Shown here piece after piece: positions 37,801 to 47,600 of a DNA stretch of 64,000 bases. Below the pieces are notes generated by a model, which made no database searches, had not been told where the DNA came from, and worked only from the letters and a program-made list of their open reading frames with translations. The stretch's first letter is position 1. Each line of letters starts with the position of its first letter. The position numbers and the translations under genes are program-made. Where the stretch lies: IMG/VR virus record IMGVR_UViG_3300020473_000013, positions 1 through 64,000 of that record, one strand, 5' to 3'.

Positions 37801-38188
37801 AAGTCGAACCGTGGCCCCAGCCGGAACCCCATGATATACCGCCACCCCAAGGACCGCCTGATCCCCAGTAGCCACCACCCCAGTTTCCCCACGGGTCGCT
37901 GCCACCTCCAGGACCTCCGGCGCCACCATCGGGGCCACCTAGGGACGGTCCGGACCCGTTCTCGCCTGTACCGTCGGGCGTACCTCCGTACTCATCATCG
38001 CCGCAGGGGTCCTCCGACAAACAGTCGATATTGACCCAGTAGTTATTGGTACCGTGGCGCGCCTTCATCCCGTGAGAAGGCAGCAAACGCCGCCAACCGT
38101 CGTTAGCAGCGTTACGCACGTACCACTCAGACTGGCAGATGTCGAGCCAGTCGCTATTCAATGGATTCCGTATGCGTAAGCGACCCAT
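34898..38188 (-). CDS. Multidomain adhesin/receptor-binding-like virion protein
   Basis: N-terminal Trp-repeat module, Gly/Trp-rich linker, several Cys-terminated beta domains, C-terminal lectin-like domain. Confidence 0.75.
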   Translation of the reverse strand: MGRLRIRNPLNSDWLDICQSEWYVRNAANDGWRRLLPSHGMKARHGTNNYWVNIDCLSEDPCGDDEYGGTPDGTGENGSGPSLGGPDGGAGGPGGGSDPWGNWGGGYWGSGGPWGGGISWGSGWGHGSTYPWGQGGWGGGYGNGGVGGWGGGTNWGGSGGSGGSGGGGSGGGGNYGGVGGGDAAGSGGSGSGSSPYGCNTSVTDMMFRMMPDPDYQEKRSYFHRLPKNDGNVYLRYIGTIGTTQIRVFYKGDLLAETPKLVRKTGEPQPRGFVTFPWSTDVEGDGIVRVEVEGNREGAFYYKLGCPGDDYADQLFACRGVFDGSATGDHLVEERIHDMGTEAGVIEMRGITYDYSSNEDVMLEVIHGGNTIYKTDGYVSMYYRQPIEFDYDPDSAGGDTEVRFRIHHKLPTGAFTYYLFCVDATGKTGTGSPGNGRPNHPKWCGDEHGVTESGGAGRTDTYYDLGDEPGNVRVRYQTYNIPDTITVYQNENLVAYTKGPVAEESSIEFSYDPAAGREVVVRVEGSGETSWSFLVECPTTSVECGKPWSGEEDRSVFSDFGGAAGNNEYALVEYATAAAGVAPPNGAPNRIQVKGDGLLIDDTVVPTLRWEEGGYGGFPVPATGLDQLEVSSPGSTSYWRQTVHCPIEHLSSGMRFERFTQGLSKMTAFGPPGAGGVGDGAYQISIEADKIVAGNRAFMVVNMFHTTSGNIEIAGVADDLASVFIVPEGGPINHVATLQLPDVVTESLSVEPGTYFIYVLVENIPDNTPSWLNMKITDTGTGRVVLITSDDWRGAYFEPDNALGAGNAVRMPQAQGLVFDNDADANNYMSNHPAPSVKGIFNTWPRTDGPNYYATAGDASGEGDDWYFDDSIGSFVMPTNTASPNSILSPNELESYGLNAVLTSSDNDDDTIGLVVGAKVVDGIPHLLVVGRSQGGQVPRSGFGLIYYDGVNAPVVIQDWGEGDTSGSWEGKSSRVSVRRSGDSLIVDCERFGGGSFQTNNFNFNDDSRTAKFAGSSRYGYYTHSQASSTFKGIIQPMADGRVYSVETNKIWEAQNGNWVYLGDTEWFSKYLEWPRRITNPETDTRYLVYRRVVRKG

Positions 38189-38200
38189 AGCAGTTCCTTA

Positions 38201-38704
38201 TCACGGTCTGATCCAGAGAGCACCCGCGCCCACAGCGCCGGGGTCTTCCGTCTGAATGTAGATGTCCACCTGCCCAGTATCACCTTTGATGCCGTCTGCA
38301 CCACGGGGCCCGGGAGGCCCTTCAGGTCCTTGAGGCCCCATATCACCGCGAGGCCCTGTAGCGCCAGGGGTTCCGGGCGGGCCTTGGCAGCCAGGAGGAC
38401 CTTGAAGGCCGTCCTGCCCTAACAGACCGTCAGTACCGTCAGTACCGCCTATGCCTTGGGGACCTGCGGGACCCATACCGATGCTGCTCTGGGTCATGAA
38501 GCCGCTGATCTGTAGCTTCTGGCCGTTGACGAGAGTGATGGTGAGGATACCAGTCGTGTCGTCAAAGTGACCCGACTTCAACCCCGTGTTGTTTAGATTC
38601 TCGTCCTCTTCCGCTGTAACCTCTTCACCGTTGTACCGAATATCGGAATCAGGTCGACCGCGAGACTCCAGCATGGAAAGCGGCGTGCGTGTCAATCCAC
38701 CCAT
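38201..38704 (-). CDS. Collagen-like fibre protein (23 Gly-X-Y)
   Basis: [12 protein letters not shown]; [12 protein letters not shown]; ends [15 protein letters not shown]. Confidence 0.85.
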   Translation of the reverse strand: MGGLTRTPLSMLESRGRPDSDIRYNGEEVTAEEDENLNNTGLKSGHFDDTTGILTITLVNGQKLQISGFMTQSSIGMGPAGPQGIGGTDGTDGLLGQDGLQGPPGCQGPPGTPGATGPRGDMGPQGPEGPPGPRGADGIKGDTGQVDIYIQTEDPGAVGAGALWIRP

Positions 38705-38877
38705 GGGTCACCCTCCAGTTTCTTATCCATCCTTTTCTTCTCCTCTCGAAGCACTCTGTCCAGCTCCGAGCGTGTTAATCGGAAGCGCTTGCATGTTAGG
38801 CAGGCTCCGTTCAGCTCGACGCAAATGGATTGTGCGGAATCGTATCGCCATTTGCGTTTGCACTCTGGGCATTGCAT
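38692..38877 (-). CDS. Small Zn-finger-like protein
   Basis: CPEC...C...CLTC; GAGGTG RBS. Confidence 0.65.
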   Translation of the reverse strand: MQCPECKRKWRYDSAQSICVELNGACLTCKRFRLTRSELDRVLREEKKRMDKKLEGDPWVD

Positions 38878-38899
38878 GAATCACCTCACTTTGTGGCGG

Positions 38900-39586
38900 C
38901 TAGGGCCATGGGGTCCCAATCGGAGGGTCCGTAGGAGGGTTGCTACCTCCACCACTGCCGCCGCCGTCATTTGGGTTGCCGTTAGGGTTAACCCAGAGCA
39001 CTCCGCCTCCTGCAGCGCCAGGGTCAGTGGTAGACACAATAATGCGCACTGACCCGTCGGGGCCAGGAGGACCGGCGGGACCTTTAGGCCCTCCTTCTCC
39101 CCTAGGTCCTGTGGGGCCGACAGGACCGATATCACCTGTTCTACCCTTCGGTCCTACACGCCCTCTTGGGCCTGTCATACCGCGAATACCAGGAGGGCCC
39201 TGCATGCCGCGTCTCCCATCTGGGCCCTTTGGACCCTGCATGCCGCGTTCACCTTGAGGACCCTCACAGCCTTGTTCACCTGGCGCACCGTCTTTACCCG
39301 GCTTACCTGGCTTTCCATCTTGACCTCGCGGACCTTGAGGACCTGTCGGACCTCGAGGAATCTTGTCTGCGGTGGGAAAACCCGTAACACTGACCCTCTG
39401 TCCGTTTTTCATGCGAAGAACCAGAGTGCCCAATATGGGATCGAAAAATCCGTTTTCGACTTCTGATATAGGGGCCTCGTTAGGGGGCTCCAAATTCAGC
39501 CTTTCCTCTCGAACGACCAACTCTGTATCAGGGTCTGTGTCAGGAGCGCTGATCTGGTCTATCTGGGGCCGCGTTAATCCGACCAT
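38900..39586 (-). CDS. Collagen-like fibre protein (33-34 Gly-X-Y, basic)
   Basis: Start moved to MVGLTRPQ (ATG 39586) after AGGAGG. Confidence 0.85.
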   Translation of the reverse strand: MVGLTRPQIDQISAPDTDPDTELVVREERLNLEPPNEAPISEVENGFFDPILGTLVLRMKNGQRVSVTGFPTADKIPRGPTGPQGPRGQDGKPGKPGKDGAPGEQGCEGPQGERGMQGPKGPDGRRGMQGPPGIRGMTGPRGRVGPKGRTGDIGPVGPTGPRGEGGPKGPAGPPGPDGSVRIIVSTTDPGAAGGGVLWVNPNGNPNDGGGSGGGSNPPTDPPIGTPWP

Positions 39587-39624
39587 GTGAAATTCCTCCT
39601 GTAGCCAATACCGGCACATCGCCG

Positions 39625-40695
39625 CTATTTGACTAGGGTAAGAGTAGCGGCAGTACCTCCGTTGATAAACAAGGCGTTATTTATGCGCCAGCGGGGATCG
39701 CTTCTATCCAAGGTCATGTCCCGAGCTTCACCACTTGGCACTTTCACCGATTTGTACAGTGTCTTCCCAGGCCAGTCGAAGTAGAGCTTCATGGTCAAGG
39801 TATTACCGCCTGCGGAATTGTACAACCTAAGCGTGGTGATCGGATCATCACAGCAGTCCATGGGCACGTTGAAGATCATGCCGTCTCCTTCACCTTCGCT
39901 GTACTGAGAGGTGTCGTACATGGCGTGCTGCATTTCCGAACCTGCGATCAGGAACCCCTTGCAGTTGAATGCGATCCCACCAGCAGGATTTCCTGTACTT
40001 GGCTTGTAACAATGCACAGGGGCGGGCTCCGGCTCGGGACCGGGTGTCGGATCAGGCGGAGGAACGTAATCGTCCTCAGGTTCTGGTTCCGAGGAGTCTA
40101 CCCAGAGAGCACCCGCGCCTACGGCTCCAGGGTCTGTATCAGACACTATGATGTTCGGCATACTTTCCGGACCCGCTGGACCCGCCTCCCCTGCAGGACC
40201 GGGGTCGCCACGAGGACCAGTAGGACCTTCGGGACCCGTTACGCCTTGAGCGCCTTTCGGGCCAATGGGTCCTCGAGGACCAATAAGCCCTCTCAAGCCA
40301 GGAGGTCCCTGCATACCTTTTCGCCCGTCTCGACCAGGAGGCCCTTGAGGACCTCTGTCTCCCCTAGGACCCTCACAACCCTCTTCTCCAGGAGAACCAT
40401 CGCGACCTCTATTACCGGGAAGCCCGTCTGCGCCCCGTTGACCCTGAGGGCCTGTGGCACCTGTAGGAATCTTGTCCTCTGTCGGGAATCCCGTAATGCG
40501 AAGTTGCTGTCCGCTTTGAAGCTGTAGCCGAAGCACACCCATGACAGGATCAAAGTGGCCAAACTCTATCTCGGAGATAGATGATTCGTTCGGCACCTCC
40601 AGGCTTAGCTTCTTCTCACGGACAACAATATCTGTTGCCTTGTCTTGACCTTGAGCGTGGATCAAACCGACCACAGGTCTTGTTAACCCTGCCAT
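39625..40695 (-). CDS. Collagen-like fibre protein (33 Gly-X-Y) with C-terminal globular domain
   Basis: MAGLTRPVV; [12 protein letters not shown]; [13 protein letters not shown], then a Pro/Glu linker and a Cys-containing domain. Confidence 0.85.
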   Translation of the reverse strand: MAGLTRPVVGLIHAQGQDKATDIVVREKKLSLEVPNESSISEIEFGHFDPVMGVLRLQLQSGQQLRITGFPTEDKIPTGATGPQGQRGADGLPGNRGRDGSPGEEGCEGPRGDRGPQGPPGRDGRKGMQGPPGLRGLIGPRGPIGPKGAQGVTGPEGPTGPRGDPGPAGEAGPAGPESMPNIIVSDTDPGAVGAGALWVDSSEPEPEDDYVPPPDPTPGPEPEPAPVHCYKPSTGNPAGGIAFNCKGFLIAGSEMQHAMYDTSQYSEGEGDGMIFNVPMDCCDDPITTLRLYNSAGGNTLTMKLYFDWPGKTLYKSVKVPSGEARDMTLDRSDPRWRINNALFINGGTAATLTLVK

Positions 40696-40704
40696 ATCTT
40701 TCTC

Positions 40705-41460
40705 CTACTGTGGTACGGCCCACATCACGGCACTGTCACCAGGGTCGGAACGTGAGATAACAGTGGTGGCATTCACTGTCTTGCCCGCTGCGCCTTGTGC
40801 GCCTTGTCCTTCGTTGATACAGTCAGGACCTTTCTGACCGCGCGCACCCTCGTGTCCGTATCGACCTTGATCACCCTGGACACCTTGGAGACCGACTTCG
40901 CCTTCCTGACCGATAGGACCTGCAATACCATGAGGACCGTCTTCTCCAGGATCACCCATCGGGCCGATTAGGCCAAGCTCGCCGGGAGCGCCGGGGCAGC
41001 CTTTCTCGCCGTCAAGCCCGTCCTCACCGTCATCACCGTCGTGCCCATCGTAACCGCGTTCCCCTTTAGGGCCTGTCGCACCGATACCAAAGTCACTCTG
41101 TACGAAGAAGTCGTGAACCTGCACAACGTCCCCGTTACGGCGAACCAGATTGAGAGTGCCAGACTCTGCGTTGAACGCGGCCTCCACTATCAGACCGTCG
41201 TTCACAACTTCTCGGGTTGTGAACTCAACATCGTCTTCCTGGGTGTCGCGTTTGGCCGACTTTCCTTCTAGTTCCCTGCCAAAGGCATCGAACTGATCCA
41301 CGTGCAGCGAGGTCAAAGGATCGCCACTCGTCAGGGGTTTGAGGCGATCCTCGACCTTCGATGCGTCGTTCACAAGGATGTTCTGACCGATTGGAACGTT
41401 GCTGTCATTCCCCTCGTATAGATCGGATAGGAGCTTGCTCTCCTTGATTCCTATGTCCAT
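40705..41460 (-). CDS. Collagen-like fibre protein (acidic)
   Basis: AAFNAESGTLNL motif, 29 triplets plus interruption plus 3 triplets; ends SDPGDSAVMWAVPQ. Confidence 0.85.
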   Translation of the reverse strand: MDIGIKESKLLSDLYEGNDSNVPIGQNILVNDASKVEDRLKPLTSGDPLTSLHVDQFDAFGRELEGKSAKRDTQEDDVEFTTREVVNDGLIVEAAFNAESGTLNLVRRNGDVVQVHDFFVQSDFGIGATGPKGERGYDGHDGDDGEDGLDGEKGCPGAPGELGLIGPMGDPGEDGPHGIAGPIGQEGEVGLQGVQGDQGRYGHEGARGQKGPDCINEGQGAQGAAGKTVNATTVISRSDPGDSAVMWAVPQ

Positions 41461-42041
41461 GATTCCTCCCTCATTTGTTGCAGGGCATGTTGTTCGATAG
41501 CCCGCACCTCCTTGGAAGTCTTAGCTTCCTCCATGCGGATAAACGCTCCGGCGCGAGCAAATCGAGCGATGTTATGGACTGTCAGGACACGCTGGGCGGC
41601 GGCAGCAACCTCGTCAGGGCTGAGGAGAAGTAACTCACCTTCAGGAGACATAAGCGCAGCCGTGTCCGCACACTGAGCCGCGATACTAAGCAACGACAAG
41701 TCCCGATCCGCCAGCTTGAGCGTGAACGTCTCTCCGTGTGTCACCGTCACACAGGTTGTTACCTCGCGGAAGGCCTCATTGAGACGGGAGCAAACGGTGC
41801 GCTTCAATACCTCAACGTTCTCACCGTCACACACCAGATCGCCATGAACAAACCTGTACTGGATGCCTTCCTCCAGTCCTGCGACCACAGTGTCGTAGAG
41901 GCTTTGCGGAACAACGATGTCGCCTTCGCTTAGGTTGGGCGAGGCATCCCCGGACAGGCGTTGAGAGTCGGTGCCAATAATGACACCGTTCTCACCCGTG
42001 TGAAGGATATGAACCAGACGAGCGTTATGCGTGCCGTCCAT
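41451..42041 (-). CDS. Putative tail-fibre assembly chaperone (DUF4376-like)
   Basis: Similar architecture to 33390..33905; directly downstream of the tail-fibre gene. Confidence 0.55.
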   Translation of the reverse strand: MDGTHNARLVHILHTGENGVIIGTDSQRLSGDASPNLSEGDIVVPQSLYDTVVAGLEEGIQYRFVHGDLVCDGENVEVLKRTVCSRLNEAFREVTTCVTVTHGETFTLKLADRDLSLLSIAAQCADTAALMSPEGELLLLSPDEVAAAAQRVLTVHNIARFARAGAFIRMEEAKTSKEVRAIEQHALQQMREESWT

Positions 42042-42051
42042 GATAATCCCC

Positions 42052-44373
42052 TTACTTGATCAACGGAGACCCGATGATGTTGAAGTTCATGCCTAGCTTG
42101 GAGCCGTACTTGGAAATATTGGCGTGACGAACACGCATACGAGCCACGATGTCGATATAGCCTGCGGGAATGTTATCCCTCACCACGTCGAACACCTGGG
42201 TCAACGAGGCGTTGCTGAAGGCTCGTTCGTTGGTGTTACCGCTCAGGCTACTGAACCCTGCTTCGCCTGTACCTTTGATGTCACGCCCATAGTCAGGCTC
42301 TCGGCTTGAGGTCGTGCGGAAGCCGATAACATACTGCATGAGCTCCATGCCATCAGGACTGATGAAGCCAGGACCAAGAACGGCTGAGAAGTCTACCGAC
42401 ACCTGAAGCATGAGGTCGCTCGTCAGGTTGACGCGGTATGTGTAGATGATCTCCTCAGAGTCCTCTTGGCGACGAAGTGTGCTGACCTTGAAGTTGGTGG
42501 TCTCATTGAACTGTTGAGCCAGCGTGCTTTCGATCTTATAGACAGGATGCTGCCCGCTCACTTTGATGCCGTTTCCAGCTACCAAATCGACAGTTGGAAT
42601 AGGCAGGACGACAGGGTGCGTGTCATGGCGCAACAACTTGAGAGACTTGGACGTGAGTACCGCGTCCGTCACAACGCCCTTCAGGTTAGACTGAGGAGTT
42701 CCATCGCTCAAGATATTGTGGAAGACCACAACCTCGATCTCCAGACCGCCGCGCGCCGCGCTACTGAGCACCACCTTGTTGTCCACCACGGTATACAGAT
42801 CGCGATGGATGTGAGTACCACTAATGGATACGAAGGTGTGGTCCTTTGACTGCGGCTCAACGGGCAGCTCTACGAACAGCGTATCGCCTACGGTGATGAC
42901 AGTCGTGCTCAGGACGGTCGTGCTGTAACCTTCCTCCTGACGTAGCACCAAAGAGGAAAACTCAATACTCAGACCTTCCGAGGGCGGACTGACGAACACG
43001 ATCTCCTGCGTAGACGGATCGTAAGTGTACGACGTGGTAGCCTGAAGCAGGCCCCGGATATACGAGAATACGTACTCCGAGCTTTCCACAGGCTCGCTGA
43101 GCTTGAAGCGCCGCTTCTCACCATCCCCGATGTACGAGTCCGTCACGATCTCGGTGTAGGTACCCGAGCCAGGCTCCTTGGTGATGAGGCGTGCGTCGAT
43201 GGATGCGTGAGGAGGAATGGAGTCAGCGAACTCCAGTTCCGATCCTGTCACGTCATACGCCGACTTGTGCTGCGTTACACCACCTAGCGCGGTGATGCAG
43301 TGGTTGACGTCCTTGAGCACCACGTTTCCTAAGGAGTAGCGATGCGACTGGCCAGTACCAACATCGTTGAGCGTGCTGATGCGCAACTTACCCGGAGATA
43401 CGTACAGGGTATTCATGTTCTGGCCAGTGTTTCTAGGCGGAGCCCAGACAGGCAGATTGCCTACGCCACGGGTTAGCACCCAGTCAGGAGGAACGCCGGC
43501 CATCTTTGGAGGGTACTCAGCGCCACCATTGGTGCTACCCTCGATGCGACGCCAGATCGCTATGACACCTCCCTCGTCTAGCCCTGCGACGGGCACCCCG
43601 TCCTTATCGACAAAGGAGTCCGTACCCATGACGTAGTAGAACTTGCGGGATGCGCCTCGTGCAGGACCCGAGATGACATGCGCGATCACCACTTCGCCAT
43701 TACGAAAGCGCATGGCAGCGGTCAATGCTTCGACGCGAAACTCCTCGCCTGTGGCACCAGCGTCGGGATTGCCCGAGAACACACGATCAAACCCGCAGAA
43801 CCCCCAAAGCAGAGAGCCCGGCCCATAGCGAATAGCATAGCCCGGACTCGTGGTTCCATCGGAGTTGTCGATCATGTTCAGGACTGCGAGCGTGTTGCAG
43901 TACCCTGTTTCAGGATCAGGAAGGCGATCCACCGACGGAGTTGAAGGCAAGCTGGCCAGCTCGCCCATGTTCACGTTGATGACGCCGGGATCGACACGGG
44001 TGGTTACCAACACCGCGTGCAGGCGGGCTCCACGCTTCTCATGCAGGAAATAAGGCTGCTCGAATACGCACCGGCCGAACATCAGGTTATCGTCCATGAA
44101 CAGGCCGACTTCGCGAATGTAGAGACCGTCTTCGGGGATAGCGTGGTCGGGCAGCTCGAAGGTGAACCGAACCGCGTGCGTATCCAGGACCTCGATAAGG
44201 TAGATGCTTCCCTTATAGAGTGTTTCGCCTCGGATGTCCTCGTCGGTGTCCCGCGTCTGTTCGCTGGAATCGCCCAGCTTGAATGTGACGACGTTGATCA
44301 GGACCCCACCTTTCTTCGCATTGTTAGCTGCGCGAAGGCCGAGGTCCGTGATGTGGATGACGTTATCTCCCAT
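42052..44373 (-). CDS. Baseplate-attached tail-fibre proximal protein
   Basis: Probable start MGDNVIHITDLGL (ATG 44373); ITDLGL...IREVGLF N-terminal fibre-attachment pattern; repeated GDG....F.L beta modules. Confidence 0.72.
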   Translation of the reverse strand: MGDNVIHITDLGLRAANNAKKGGVLINVVTFKLGDSSEQTRDTDEDIRGETLYKGSIYLIEVLDTHAVRFTFELPDHAIPEDGLYIREVGLFMDDNLMFGRCVFEQPYFLHEKRGARLHAVLVTTRVDPGVINVNMGELASLPSTPSVDRLPDPETGYCNTLAVLNMIDNSDGTTSPGYAIRYGPGSLLWGFCGFDRVFSGNPDAGATGEEFRVEALTAAMRFRNGEVVIAHVISGPARGASRKFYYVMGTDSFVDKDGVPVAGLDEGGVIAIWRRIEGSTNGGAEYPPKMAGVPPDWVLTRGVGNLPVWAPPRNTGQNMNTLYVSPGKLRISTLNDVGTGQSHRYSLGNVVLKDVNHCITALGGVTQHKSAYDVTGSELEFADSIPPHASIDARLITKEPGSGTYTEIVTDSYIGDGEKRRFKLSEPVESSEYVFSYIRGLLQATTSYTYDPSTQEIVFVSPPSEGLSIEFSSLVLRQEEGYSTTVLSTTVITVGDTLFVELPVEPQSKDHTFVSISGTHIHRDLYTVVDNKVVLSSAARGGLEIEVVVFHNILSDGTPQSNLKGVVTDAVLTSKSLKLLRHDTHPVVLPIPTVDLVAGNGIKVSGQHPVYKIESTLAQQFNETTNFKVSTLRRQEDSEEIIYTYRVNLTSDLMLQVSVDFSAVLGPGFISPDGMELMQYVIGFRTTSSREPDYGRDIKGTGEAGFSSLSGNTNERAFSNASLTQVFDVVRDNIPAGYIDIVARMRVRHANISKYGSKLGMNFNIIGSPLIK

Positions 44374-44384
44374 TTCAGGCTCCG

Positions 44385-44636
44385 TTAGTCGTTGATAGGC
44401 AGCGGAAGGGATACGCGGCACGGATCACAGTAGAAGACTTGCTCGCCGTCAGCACTAGCCAATCCCATCTGAGTGCCACACTTCGGACACTGGCCTTCAA
44501 CGTCCAAAGCCATAGCTCCGGCAGTGGCTTCCATGCTCTCATTGCTCGCTTTGCGAGTCTCGGTCTGAGAGGGCTCCGAAGAGCCCCACAGGTTGAGAAT
44601 GGTGCCGCCGGACGGAAGTTTAGATTCGTGTACCAT
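44385..44636 (-). CDS. Small zinc-ribbon protein
   Basis: Start moved to MVHESK (ATG 44636); CPKC...CDPC. Confidence 0.7.
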   Translation of the reverse strand: MVHESKLPSGGTILNLWGSSEPSQTETRKASNESMEATAGAMALDVEGQCPKCGTQMGLASADGEQVFYCDPCRVSLPLPIND

Positions 44637-44661
44637 TTTACTTCTCCTGTGTAAGTTGGTA

Positions 44662-44668
44662 TAAATTA
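44662..44668 (-). promoter_or_regulatory. TAATTTA putative late-promoter motif
   Basis: Intergenic, 26 nt upstream of ATG 44636. Confidence 0.5.
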
Positions 44669-44671
44669 TTG

Positions 44672-47600
44672 TCAATCGGAGGTCTCTGAGACTCCGTAAT
44701 CAACGCGGAACGTCACGTCACCGAGACCGGAAAAGTCTGAGCGATACAGATACCAGTCTGTCGTTACCCCGTTGACAGTACGAGTTATCGTAAGAGGGCC
44801 ATAATTAGAACCCACACCGCCGTCATCCGGCCAGGTTGCACCTTCCATACCGCCAGACAACCCTAGAACAGGGTCGGTGAATGTAGCGAGACCCATCGCA
44901 GCAGGGTGCGCGTAGTACAGGTATTCGCCCTGAGGCACCTTGGCTTCTAGCATGCCTCCGCTCTCTTTGGTATCCATCGTCTGCCCGCCATACTGCGAGA
45001 AATCCTCGAAGCTGGTCAGACCGATAGGACCTGTACCAAACATGGGCAGGCTATTATCCGTTCCGTCTTGAGACTCTCCTCCGACAGTGATCAGCTTGGA
45101 AGTGCTGATAGAGTGCAGGCCTTCCGTGAACACTGCCTTGACGACGAACTCGGTGCCTTCAGGAACGTCCCCAACGTACAGACGCCCCGAATCGCTAACG
45201 GTCACATACGGGATGGTTGTCTCGACGCTCCACTCTGCCTCAATGTTCTCCACCTCCTCGCCGGTTCCTTCAACGATAGGCTGACCCTTGCGGAACAGCT
45301 CCAGGCTCAACTGGGTGAATGTCTGAGGAAGAACTGAGGTCGAGCCGTACATGACTAGAGCTCCAAGAGTAGATTCCTCTGCCAGTAAGCGTACGGTGAT
45401 CGTCTCCTCGACGCTATGCCCTTCACATTCCCAGGAAGCAGTCACCTGCACGTCTACCGTCTCGCCGTTCTGAGAGCGCAGGAATCCATTCTGGTCGATG
45501 ATCGCGACATCCCTATCCACGTCGAGCGACCAATCATTAGACACGGCCAGCTCCTGCCCGCACCCGTTGTCAAACTCGATCAACAGGCTGTAAGACCCGA
45601 TCTGACTAACAGGTACGACAGTCGGACCGTTAATGCGGCTCGTCTTGGGAATCGCAGGACCCGGCTGGTCGAACGACCTGACCAGAATCGGATACTCAGC
45701 GATCTCACGGAAGTACCGAGCCTCGACAATCGCTATGGTATCCTGTTCGACATTACGCCCTTGGACGATACCAGGACTGACAATATCTCCTTCTGGTTCG
45801 GGCGCATTCAACGGGTCAGGACTGCGAATGCTCCACAGAGGTTCGACCGGCTCCATCGTTCCATCTTCGTATACAGCGGTAGCCTGCAGGTGTATACGCT
45901 CCCCTTCGATCACTTCCGACGGACCTGTGATAACCAAACCCGTAATCAGAGTAAGCGTCGGAATGAGGACGATAGGCTTGGTCTGCGTGAACACCTTGAC
46001 GTTGTTATCGTACTCCGCCTTGATCTCCACGATGCCGACTGGAGCCCCCGTAAATTGCATACGCCCGTCAGTGTCGATCTGCACGAACGTAGGGTTGCCT
46101 ACAACGCTCCACTTCGGAAATACCTCAACATCGCGACCATCATTGAAGTGAGCGAACGCACGATACTGGCCGATGGCCTCCTCTCGAAGGTTCTCCGGCC
46201 CAACAATGGTGATGTGTGCGATCTCCACAGGAGTATCGTATACAGACACGACCTTAGACGTTGCCATACCTTGTGTGCGTGCGACGATCTCCACAGACAC
46301 TGAGCCTCCCACGGAGCCTGCGGTGAGCACACCTTCCTCATCGATAGAGAAACGGTTGGTACTCCAGTCAGGGTGTACGCGAGTCTCAGCGCCGTTGGAC
46401 CAGCGAACGAACGCGCGGAACGAAGTATCTGACAGCTCGATAACGCGCTCAGGTCCGTCGATACGCAAGGACTCAGGCGTGATGTAATTGCGCACCACCT
46501 CAACGTCTTTGGACGCGATGTACTTCTGGCCGCGGAACTGGAGGGTAGCCTTGAGCGTCGCGGTGAAGTTATCCATCGGATTCCCTGCTGTAGCGTAACC
46601 CGATTGATCGACGTACAGACCAGGAGAGGATGACTCCCACAGCACCAGCACGTCTTTCTGTGTGCCGTCGTTGAAGAAGGCGTGAGCCCTGTAACTAACG
46701 TTTGTTCCTTCGGCTACCTCTTCGGGGCCAAGAATGTAGAGTTCATCCACCTTCTTATCGAGCACCACGCTTTTGAGGATCAGGTCCCGCACGGACGAGT
46801 GATGATTACCTCCGTAGTCCACATAGCGCGCCTCGACCCGGAGCATCTGATCCTGTGCAGGGTTGCCCGTATCAACAACGTACCCTTCTTGGCGTATCAC
46901 GTATTGCGACAGGATGCGAATCTCAGCCCTCTCGATAGGACGAGTGTGTCCGTCCTCGTAGAAGCCGTCCACTTCAACAGTAAAGCGATCCCCGCCGTCG
47001 ACCATACTAGGACATCTAAGCTGGATGTACTCCAGCGGAGACCCAGTCGCTCGAACCAGAACGGCTTTGGTATGACTCATGCCGTTGAACGAGCTGGTGA
47101 TGTGGACAGTGGTGTCGCGATACACAGGAGCGAACAGAGCGCGCCCACTCTTGGTGAACGAAACGATGTCGGGCCTGTCTGTCGTCAACACAGGAGGAAT
47201 AACGCGAACCCGGCGACTACCGAGCTGACCCTCCTGAGTCGCAGCCTTGTAGGTCACGCGGAACTTGTTATACCCAAGTCCGTCAAAGTCGGTACGATAG
47301 AGCAACCATATCTCCATCTGACCGTTGATACGGCGGTATACGGGTACAGCACCCACACCTGTACCACGTGAACCGTCTGCGGCCCAGCTTGCCCCATTCC
47401 ACTGAACGTCGCGCTTCTCCGCTTCGATAACAGCGTCACCTAGATAAGCAGGGTGGGCGAAGTAGCCGTACTCACCAGGACCGATGTCCAACTCGAACAC
47501 CTCGGTAGCAAGATCGGGCATTGCACCGGTGAGCTTGTTGTTCACCTCAGCACCTGTGTTGAGTCCTGCCACGTAGGAGCCGAATACAGGCATGTTCTGG

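Noticed and set aside
38189-38203. In-frame junction between collagen gene 38201..38704 and the 1096-aa adhesin, suggesting readthrough fusion
   Set aside because: The junction has two consecutive stops (TGA TAA) and its own AAGGA RBS, so separate translation is more likely.
45416-46303. 295-aa plus-strand ORF and other long antisense or alternate-frame ORFs (e.g. 27430..28236, 28782..29438, 50713..51447, 56372..57178)
   Set aside because: They are shadows of codon-biased genes on the opposite strand, with no RBS or recognisable motifs.
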